A DNA stretch of 64,000 bases from Chrysomallon squamiferum (Eukaryota > Animalia > Mollusca): NCBI GenBank assembly GCA_012295275.1, contig CM022665.1, forward strand, positions 2,604,001 to 2,668,000. Direction: 5' to 3'. The translations under genes and the position numbers were made by a program. Numbering within the stretch: position 1 is the stretch's first letter; every line of letters begins with the position of its first letter. This document shows, piece after piece, positions 53,321-64,000 of the stretch. The notes beneath the pieces are model-generated. The model was not told where the DNA came from, ran no database searches, and saw only the letters and a list, made by a program, of their open reading frames with translations.

Positions 53321-55267
53321 ATGGCTCATGTAAGTTCAGGGATGCGGGAGTCTGACACTGTTGAAATACCATTGCTGGAAAACATTTCAAACAGTTCATA
53401 TTTGGAAATGGGCAGATCTGACAGTGGAGAGCCTCATCATAGGAAACCAAAAATAGGTTAACAGACTTTAATACTAATCAGTATATAGTTTAATGATGAA
53501 ACCCTCCTATTCAAAATAATAATAATAATAACCAATTCTGATATCCAGAAGTTATACATTTGGGTTTGTGAGAATATCTATAATTATTTAAATTTTTAAA
53601 ATTTTATAAGCTGATCAGTATAAATAGAATTAATATTATTTAAGCACACACACACACACACACGATTATATATACATATTTAACATATGTAGACATAAAT
53701 GCTCAGTATCTTTATCTGGCTAATATAAATCAACTAATAAGAATTTATTTTTTATTGTACAATTGCATGAAACAATATTTTCAATACTTTCTCATTTATT
53801 TCAATTTTTTTAAAAGAAAATGTTTGGAATCATCCTCTAAATGGAAGAAGTCCAAGCCAGATACTTAAATCAGCTTTTGAAGATCTAAAGCATGACTTCC
53901 TTCTGATGGAAGAAATCACAGACAAGAAAAAACATGTTTTGGAAGAGATGATAGAAAAAGAGAGAGAGAAATGTGAAAGGAATATACATCGGATTGCTCA
54001 AAGAATGATACAAAAAATACGACAAAAAGAGGCCAAGATGATGGACAAGTTGTGGACAGTTTGTAAGGAACAGCGGGACACTCTTGAAGAACACATGATA
54101 GATGGACGGCAGCTGATTAACTCTACTCGAGAAATGATCCAGCAAGCAGAACAGTTGATTTTTCGAGCAGGATACGAGCATGAAAATCACGACAACATTC
54201 AGCATCAGTTACCAAAGTTTATAGAGCAGCATTCTCAAGTAAAAAGAATGCTCGAAAAGAAAGATTCTGTTAATTACAATATCAAAATAAGTTTTATACC
54301 ATCGTCTGATGAGGATTCTGACTATGTGCTTGACACAATAAACATGGGTTCAATTAAAGTTGAAACTGAAGAAATCAACTCAGTGCCAGAATTCTCCTCG
54401 CATGTAAGAGACGTGCGACAGTCCATGACCAGAAACAGTTCAGGTGTAAGTGATGGAAGTCTGGAATCAGCTGTTCTTGAGAATGAGTTGTCAGGACAAC
54501 TTGAGTTAGATAAACATAAGCCAGACTTATCAGACATTATCACGCTTGATCTTCAGAGCTGCACAGCCATGGTGGTTACTGATTTTATCAACAAGTCGGT
54601 GAAATATTTCTATTATAACAGTGCTGGCAGCTGGTATGACATTGTTCCAATGAAGACTGGCCCTTTAGGAGTTACCAAAGTATCCGTGTCATCTATTGCA
54701 GTGACATTACCTGAATCCCGCCAAATGTGTTTCATTGAAATATATCCCGAAGTCCAAGTGTCATCAATTTATACATCAAAAGAGTATTATAAAGTTGCAT
54801 TATTGAACAACTCCACTCTGGTGGTTAGTGCCACTTTTCCAAATGCTGTCGATATAATCGACTTCAGTGGAACTATCATTAAGTCTATCAGTTCTGTACA
54901 GATGCATCAGAAAATTTTTGAAAGGCCATATCATGTGTGTGTTACACCATCTGGTGACATGCTGGTTTCAGACTACTTTCTGAAGGCACTCTTGTGTATT
55001 AGAGTTACAGGGCATGTTAGATGGCAGTATAAATCTCAAGATATAGGGTCACCGCAGGGTGTTGCTTGCGACTGTCAGGGTTCAATTTTCCTTGCAGACG
55101 GCTCGAGACATACTGTGATACAGCTGTCATCTGATGGACAATTTTTGCAAAACATTATCAAACCTGAAGATGGATTATTTCAACCTGTTGGTATTCACAT
55201 TCATCAGGCTGGGAAAATGTATGTAACTCAGAAAAATGGATTAATTAAAGTGTTTGCATGTTCATAA
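53321..55267 (+). CDS. Coiled-coil + NHL-repeat beta-propeller protein (TRIM2/3/71-like C-terminal half, no RING or B-box), ~528 aa
   Basis: Exons 53321-53456 (MAHVSSG...KPKI, phase 1) and 53817-55267; charged coiled-coil segment then NHL-like repeats FERPYHVCVTPSGDMLVSD, IGSPQGVACDCQGSIFLADGSRHTVIQLSSDGQFL, LFQPVGIHIHQAGKMYVTQKNGLIKVF; AATAAA at 55476-55481. Confidence 0.85.
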
Positions 55268-57396
55268 CAAATTTGTCAGAAGAAACAATACTAGTAAAGA
55301 AATCCTTTGGAAGAAAATCATTTATATTATTCAGTATTACCTCATTTCTCATTTAAATATTCGGATTTAAGACTCAGAACTGTTCTGTGATGATGTAAAG
55401 ATATAACATAAATAATTTTTTTATTTCCCTACTCCACTGTAATTGATTTATTATTTGAGATAATTTTTATCTAATAATAAAGTACAACATTTATTTAACT
55501 TCATCACAGTGATTCCTTTCTTATTTATCTAACCAACATGGAAACAACCTCTTAAAATACTGATTCTTAGCATGATGTCCACACAGTGACACAATATAAA
55601 GAAAGTTGAATTATGATAGGACATAGTTCTAACATTGTATTCTTGGTATGTAGGCTGTATCTTTCTATATATTAGCTGAGGTTTTACTCAGTACTTTGCT
55701 ATTTTTAAAAAAAATTTTTAGTTAGTGCAATTATATGTAGGTAAAATAAAACTGAATAAACCAAATTTCCTTTGTGAAACAACAAATCAACCAAATTTTC
55801 TACTGTTGGCACAGGCAACCATTGCTTTTGGCAGTATATCACAATGTCCAATCTATATACAATAATATTCCTTGTAACCAAAATGGGAAGTAACAGCTAT
55901 ACTATACTAACTGATCAAACAAAGTATTATATTTCATCCCTGAACTATACCACTGAGAGTGTACTTATAACAAACAGATAAATAATAAAAGAAGTAACTT
56001 TGGGAATAACCAAACACTTAAAAATATAACAACATATATTTTTCTATCATTAACTTTCACTGCAAGATTCCAAAAAACAAATGATGTTTCTTTGTTAAAG
56101 AACAAACACAGAATATATTTTAAACCATGCGTATGTTTATTTCTGTTTATGAATAAATACATCATTTCGATTCATTTTGCTTCTAATGATAGCTCAAATA
56201 TCTGCTTAACTGAAATACATTTTGTGCTGCAATCAAATAATGTTAAATGAATACCGGTCTGTAATAACTACAGTAAGTTTCTGGGAGAGCTTTTTAATAA
56301 TTATAATTGGGTCTGAACAATGTTTTAAAACAAACAAAATTAAAATGATAATCACACTAGCAGGAAAGAAAGAAAAATAAAATTGCTGTATAGTTTTATA
56401 GACAATCTATTGTTTTGAGAATACTGCATTTTTTTCCTGGCTGAAGGAACTTCAGCTACCTGCCAAAATGATAAAGTTCCTCACTTTTAATCTGCTTTTT
56501 TTTTTCTTTTTTTTTTTTGGTGTTACTTGATATTCAACTATTTTTCATAACCTCCAATGTGCAGCACGATCTTTATCTCAAATTGTGGCTTAAATTTTAT
56601 TTCATAATTAATTAATTAAAAAAAAGAAAAAAGAAGTACTTTCCAATTTTATTTAGCTAACAGTATCAAATTAATGAATAAAATTATTGAAATTTTGAAT
56701 ATAGTTTGTAATAAGACCTCAAAACAGAGTAAATCCTGAACTGTAATAATGTTTTATTATTCTTCTAATCATATTTTGTAATTTATTTTAAATAATATAG
56801 TGACTACAGGTAGTCCCCTCCTTAGAGACCAAATACATTCTGACCAATCAGAAGTAACTTGGAACTGATGTTACTTAAATTTCTTTATGAAATATCACTC
56901 AGTTTTTGTTCTTTTATTTCTGCCACACAGTGTTTGCAGTAAGAAAATAAATCATGGTTTCTATTTATTCATTTCTCTTACTGTTTGTGTCACAGTCGTA
57001 GGTACAGATGGATATCAGCTGGAAAGGTCATATGCAGGGGACTAGATTGGTTTCAGGTTTTCAGAGAAACAAATAGGCATAATAATTGATCTTTTAATAT
57101 TTTTTCTCAAGAACTAAAGTAATTTCGTTTTTCATTTTTTCATTTTTTTATTTTTTTTTTTATATTTCTTTTTTGTCGTTGGCAAAATTTAATACAGAAA
57201 ATGTAAAACTTTATTATCACTTTAAGATTAAACATTGATAAAAAGAAAATATAATTATTACCAGGAAATGAAAACACACAAAGAATTAATTCAACTTGTA
57301 TATCATCTTAAAAATATGCTAATCAAAAAGCCAGTCTGAGAAAAAAGGAAAAACATCAAAACAATAAATATACACAGCATCTGCAAATATTAAACT

Positions 57397-57490
57397 GCAC
57401 AAATATAGAAAAAAAAAAGCACAAAATATTGAGAAAAAAAAAGGTACAAAATATTGAAAAAAAAAAAAAAGCACGAAATATTGAAAAAAA
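57397..57490. repeat. Short tandem repeat gcacaaaatattga(a)n, 4 copies
   Basis: Four imperfect units differing mainly in A-run length, within the presumed HECTD1 3' UTR. Confidence 0.75.
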
Positions 57491-58164
57491 GTGAAGTTGC
57501 TAACATGTAATTTAATCAGTATATTTTAGACCACTGCAAACCTTCAATATCAGATGAATGTAAAAATTGTACAGTAAATTTTTAATCATTGATTTTCAAA
57601 CATGGTTCCAACGTATAGCAGTTTTTATCAATTTACAGAAAATGTTTAACAAAATAGTGAAATGTGAATTATACTCCTCGATGTGAATTAACATTATTCA
57701 GCCCAGTATGATTAGAACAATTATCAAAACATTGACTATGCTTCTAAAATTTTGATTGTAACTATTTCATAAAGTGAAATTCTGAATCTCTGAAAGATCC
57801 AGAAACTTCTGTAATATTAAAAACAAATTATGTTTACTGACTTCACAGTTTTCACACACAATTTCATCTGAATAATTTTCCAGACATGAGAAATATTATT
57901 AAACAAATAAATTGGTCTTTCTTCACAAATAAATATTTACCAGATGTTATTTTGGTTTAATCAGTCAGTAAAAGCTTTCTTGTTACAACCATATTTGATA
58001 AATTAAAAATATTTTTACTGTTTGTTTATTAAGTTTTCTTTATTTAAAGAAAACTATAAAAGTTATATTAGATTCTGTTGCAGAATAGCATAATAAAACT
58101 ATATTCCATCACATTTCAATAATATTAATAAATAAAATAATTAAAAAATTCATCTGTCTAACCA

Positions 58165-61100
58165 TTAATTTAAATGGAAACCTTTTTCTTTGGTGGCTGC
58201 AAGCAATTTTTCTTTCAAGATTTCTTCAGATGAATATTCCGGCAGTTTGAGATAATGGACACAGGTATTGACAGAGGGGTAACTGTTGTCATTTCCATCT
58301 ACCTTTCTTACCACTGTCAGACGAGGATGCAAATTAGCAAGGCCACCTGGTGGTAATGAGGAACATCCAGTGGTGAACTGAAGGAATCCTTTCCTTTCAT
58401 CAGGTGACAGACTTAGAAGAACATTTACGAACCTCTGGAATCCAGGACTGGAACAAAATAAAAGTATAAAAGTCAAAGAGAATAATTTTATTATTATTTT
58501 TTTTTCACAATAACATTAGCATAATTTATTATAAATAAAAAAAAAAAAAAAAAAAAAGTTTGTATCAACAACTCTGAGAAAACTGCAATAGTAATGTATA
58601 TGAAAAAAAAAAATCAGATAATGACCATGAATTTTAAATTTTTTCTGGATTTAGGAAAAAAAATATAATAATAATAATAATAAAAAGTAAATATGTACCA
58701 GATCAATTCATTAATTCACAAACCTTTCTCTGGTGTAACCAAGTTTTGGATCTGTATAATTGATCAGGTCTTCCCTTGTCCATTTTGGAGCCTGGTCACC
58801 ACAGAGCAAACTGCCTAGCTCTGATGGACTGAATGAATGAAGTTTTTCCATAGGAAATACCTCATTGAAACCATCTGTAAATTTAAATATTTGCAGTGAA
58901 CTAGAATCCAAAATATATCTTAAAAACCTGTATTAGTTATTTAAATTCATGTACTGATAAGTCATTTTTAAATTACTAAAGAAGGCATTTATTTATTCAG
59001 AAAAGTATTTTGTTTAAGACAAAAAAATGTCATGGTATTTACTACAGATATCTAACAACAGACTGGTGAAAGAAGATACTTCACTAATGAATTTTAAAAA
59101 CAATTTATAATTTTGTGTGGATGAAGGAATCAAAGTGACTGATGTTTTATAATCTTGAATGGATCTCACCTCTAAAAGCTTCCATCTGTCTTTGTATACC
59201 AGTGTTCAAACAGAAATCTGTCACTAGTTCAATGTATTCCTCTAAATTTTCTAGATTTACTTCCTATAAAACAAAGTCACCAATGAATAAACAAACAGAA
59301 ATAATCAATGAAAACTATGTTTCAGTATGTCTGATAAACAAAACAATGTCTAAATCAAAACCAAAAATCATCCATCTAGGATGACACATATTAAAATAAT
59401 TTTGGGAAATATTCTGCTATTTTAAAATTAGAAAATTGTAAGTAGCACAAAAAGTGTATCAAATTTCCTGTTCCACTGTTACTAAAAGCAGTAACTGCTT
59501 ACTAATACTACCTTTTTTAAAGGCAATAACTTTTTAAGAACAGAAGAAAATATACAAATCTGAGTAAATTAAATTGTTCACCTGTAAGTGAATCACTCAC
59601 AGTTGAAAAAGTACTTATCTATGTAACACTTTTGAATGTCAGGATTTAAAATAATAACAATAATAGTAATATAATCAAACCTCATTTTCGCCGTTGTATT
59701 TGAGATCATAACCCATGAAACCATACACACGAGAAGATGGATTGAACTGGAAAGTTAAGCTGTAACCAAAACAAATTTAAATGCTAAATATGATATAAAA
59801 ATATCAACATAAAATGAAAATGAAATTTTGTTGAAAACTGTATATAAATCTCAGTTTTTACTTTTTTCAGAATATAAAGAGAGAGAACAAAATAAAGATA
59901 ACAAAATATCTTTTCATTTAAGGTAAAGTTTGAATATGTTAATAAATTAACTCTGAAAAAATTAAAAATAATGGAACTTACCCTAAATCTTCCAATCTTA
60001 CAGTTGATGATAGGTCCATGGGATTAGTAAGTGCCAATTCTTCTAGAAGAATGTTCTTTTGATCATCTGATAAAGTTTTGTCTTTTAATATCCTTTGTTT
60101 TTTGGCAGCTAGCTCTTTAAGTTCCTTTAAGAAAAGAGCTCGGTGAGGATTAAATACTTCAAAATCATCTTCTGTGAGAATTCCTGCATACCATGGAGAA
60201 GTCACTGTATGATGAGATCTAGATGGATTAACCTTCATCTCTTTTTCAAGTTCTTCAATGCTGGTGATCATATCACTGTTTTCACTATGCCATGACTCCA
60301 GCATTTCTTTATGGGAAAGATCACAGTACTGTTGGGCCATGCTATAACCTACCTCTCCCATACACATCAGCTTGAGGAATGGCCTGGACAAGGGCAAGTC
60401 AATCAGGCGACTGTCTTGTAAGCATTTGGCAAGGAGTGTTCCTAGGAAAAAGAAGAGCTGCTCCACTCTTTCAATATCAGAAGACTCTTGAGGCAAGGCT
60501 GCTGGAAAGAGACCTCCAATTCTCTGGATATAATAACCTGGAGGGCGGGCTCCATGACCGATGTCAACCTGAATAAGATAGATACACTTATTCAAAACAA
60601 ATACAAAAAAAAATAATAAAGATTTTACATTTTGCAGCAATGTCTGTTGACAAAAGGTTATTGCTGATAACTTGTAGGAGGTACTTTTGATCGTTATAAT
60701 TTACTATATAGTGAGTCTGTTATCTCCTAATGCCAAAATATATTTGGTCTGTTTAAAAAGTTAAGTACTAATTAAAGAATAAACTGTATCAATTAATGAA
60801 AAATCCTCACAGTCGAGGGTGTAGCCCAATTTAGTTACTGTAAATAGATGACCCACAAGTTGCTTACCTCTCTTTCTATGTCATTTGACAGATTGTCATC
60901 ACATATCCATATTCCAAGACTCTTTCTCTGCAACTCAGCTGCAACCAGGGCATAAAATTCTAATGTAGGACCTAAACCTGTTCCTTCCTCATCTTCAAAT
61001 TCAATCTGGTAACAAATAAAAATAAATCAAGATCATCTTAATTTCTGCATATAAACATGAAAAGAATTTTTTTTTTGTGTGAAAAAATGAGAGGAAAGAC

Positions 61101-64000
61101 CATATTATTGATAGGGCATGAGGAAATAATTAAAACGTTATATTAACCCACCTCTAAAACTGCCTTTCTTCTACTGTGATGCTTCATCACCTGCATAGCC
61201 CATTCTAACATGTGCTCACTGCGAGTCACTTTGATACGTTCATGTTTCAATCGTCCTACACGGAATTCATGACCATCATCTCTTCGAGGCAGTGGTCCAC
61301 GGTTTCTTTCTACAGTAGCATCTCTTTTATTCTGCAGCCAAACAATAGCCCTAAAATGTACAACAGAAAACTCGTAAAATTTTCGTAAAATAAATAAATT
61401 TTAAATATTCAAAAACAAGTTCAAAAGTAACACTGATAATGAATACATTTTCTGAGATATCAGCTTGTATATCTGACAGCATAATGGATTTTTTGTTTAG
61501 GATAGAGGTTTATTAAGCAGTCATTATGAATATTTATGACTCTGACTCCTGACAATATGATTTCTATAAAAAACAGATATCATTACTACCTTTTGTTTAC
61601 AATTCAAAATTATGACATGGTGTAAAAATATTTTATCAGCTGGTTAAAAAGAAGCAGATGTGACATGAACAGTAGTAAGTTTACATTTGCCTCATTAACC
61701 ATACCTCTTAATTCCTTTTGTTAACTTGTTATCACAAAAAAAACAAAAAACCCCCAATAAACTCTTCTCTGAAATCTATTTCTTTGACAAATTAAAAAAC
61801 AACTTGTGTGTACGTAGTGTCATAACATTTTCTTTAACTGATTTTGTTAGAGATAATTACTTTGATTAATTAATACTAAATGCTAAACATTTTCACCACA
61901 TTAAACTAACAAGCATTTACCTGGATGTTCCAAAAGCAGTACAAGTGAAGTAGAGCTGCCTTGTTTCAAATGGAAACAACATTGGACACCAGCGTGTCAG
62001 ATGTTCACACCACTCTGGAAGAGCACTGCTTGCCAAAACTAATGGGTCCTGAAAACAAAAAAGTTGAGATGAAATACAGTTATATTTACTGTAAGTACTT
62101 AACAAATTTTAATTAATGTCCTCAACCAATAAATAAAGAATAAAAAGCAAAAGAAAATATTTCAAACTAAAGAAGAAAAAATATTGATTAGAAAAATCAG
62201 AAGCATTTAATAAAGCACTGTAATCAAGTAATATCATTTTCTTTAAAATAAGAAATAAAAAGTCATTTTAAATTAATATATACCTTATATATTAAGGTGA
62301 GAAAACAACATTAAAGAACAAGGTGATGTTACAGGACATCTAATTTATATATTATAAAGTGTTGGAACATACCTGAATCTGCTGTAATAGTTTGTTAGTT
62401 ATTTTCTTGCTGATGAACTCTTCAGATGGAATATTAAGCTGAATCTCTGTGCTGTCTGTAAATAAAACAATTACTGTCCATTATGTGCTAAATATCTTTT
62501 TGTCATGATCCTCACTCAAAAAACCCTATAGAACATCAACAGCTATTTTTCCATCTTCAGTAACAAATACAATATCACTTACATACATCTGGCTTTGAAA
62601 AAGAGAATATCTAACTAGTTCTTATAAGTAAATTTTAGTGATAATATATTATGGAGGGAGTTAAAAAAAGAAAAAAAAAAAAGGCCACTAGAGAATTTAT
62701 ATTTAAAGTAAAAATGGATCATAGAATATTCACCATTATTAAACATTAATAATTATTAACTCTTATGGCACTATGTTTTTTTTTTTTTTTTTTTTTTATC
62801 TTTACACCAGTGAAATCTTAATGCAGCTCATTTTTGTACCTAGTCTGTTTAAATTTTCTGTTCTTGTGAAAAATGTAATGAATAAAGTTACAAATGTGTA
62901 TGATATTAGTGTGATGTTAGGTAGAGTTAAACAACAGTCATACAGTATTTGCCATTTTTAGACTTACCATTCCTCATATTTGTTGTTGTCTGCTCCAGAC
63001 TAATAGCGAACACCCGCTGTAGCAGTTGTAACACATTGTCAACAGTGCAGTTACCAGACTCACCACCAGACGGAAGTTCCCAGTCACCAAAAGTTGGTGT
63101 CAGACTTGCAGATTTTGAAGAAGGAATTGTGAGACTCTGAAAAGTAAAACAAAACAACAAGTCATTAGAAAATTAAACGGTTCAGATGGTTTTTTTCACA
63201 AAATGTGATTATAACTTGACAAAACACTGTCATAAACAAGTAAGACTTGTTATAGTCTGTAACTGTAACAGTGGGCAGCATTAATAATAACATTAACAAT
63301 GAATGTCTTTTAATTATTACATAAAAGGAATAAATGTTTTAATATGAACTCGATACTGAAATTAAAAACCAGCCGATTATAAAACGTGACATAAAATGAC
63401 AAACCTTGCTCATTTTACATTCAGATTCTTTTTCTTCATCCTCTTTTTGTTCTTTGTAAACAATACTGTAAATAATATAACAATAATTTAAAATTTACAT
63501 TTAATAATATAACTCATTACATAATTTTCCTAAAATTTATCAGTAATAAGTTTAGTAACATTTTATTAAAATGCAGATATTAACCAAAAAAAAAAAATAT
63601 ATATTTTTTTAAATAATAAAATAAAATAAAAAAGAAACAAAAATAATGTGCAAAAATGAGGAAATAAAATAAGGAAAACAGTGCAAGAAGAAGAAATAAA
63701 GACAAATAAGGACAAGAGTTACTTTCCTATTTAAAGTTAGTCAGCTGTGATTCATAGGCTCCATTTTCATTTAAACTTTTAAATAACTTAATGTTCAGTG
63801 ATTCATTGCATCTTTTGGAAATACTAACGCTGTTTAAACTTCAAACGTCTGAATTACACAATAGTGAAGTTAATACTAACATGTAGGTAGGTTCCCAGAT
63901 CCTGCGCATCCTCTCTGTCCGTCCTGCTGTACTTCCTAATGTCAGTAACTTCTGAACATACTTAAAAATACACACGTTTCCCTTGGTTAACTGAATCTCT
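58165..64000 (-). CDS. HECTD1: E3 ubiquitin-protein ligase HECTD1, C-terminal 12 exons including the HECT domain (5' part outside the window)
   Basis: Exons 63881->64000 (RRIWEPTY), 63405-63465, 62968-63136, 62373-62455, 61921-62048 ([20 protein letters not shown]), 61152-61350, 60868-61005 ([13 protein letters not shown]), 59982-60568, 59681-59759, 59170-59263, 58724-58874, 58165-58447 ([19 protein letters not shown] with catalytic Cys, ending GFHLN*). All phases compatible. Confidence 0.96.

Overview
AT-rich, intron-dense animal genomic DNA with GT-AG introns, most likely a mollusc (gastropod-type SINE, mollusc-type NHL protein); no prokaryotic features. Five protein-coding genes were reconstructed by hand from splice sites and exon phase: the last exon of MEA1 (+), a 16-exon PP2A B56 delta/gamma regulatory subunit (PPP2R5D/C-like, -), a 25-coding-exon kinetochore scaffold KNL1 with SILK, RVSF, KI, MELT and RWD elements (-), a coiled-coil + NHL-repeat TRIM-like gene with no RING or B-box (+), and the 3' 12 exons of HECTD1 (-). 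Between and inside genes are a scrambled, tandemly amplified hAT transposase relic, two tRNA-type SINE copies, RTE-LINE and Gypsy fragments and a ~640-bp non-autonomous DNA element. The best leads are: a decayed duplicate of B56 exon 12 that looks like a dead mutually exclusive exon; the MEA1-PPP2R5D tail-to-tail pairing also seen in mammals; a 1-nt frame deficit in B56 exon 14; Cys-terminated MELT repeats in KNL1; and a CDE/CHR-like element at the KNL1 promoter. No wholly new multi-gene system can be supported from sequence alone.
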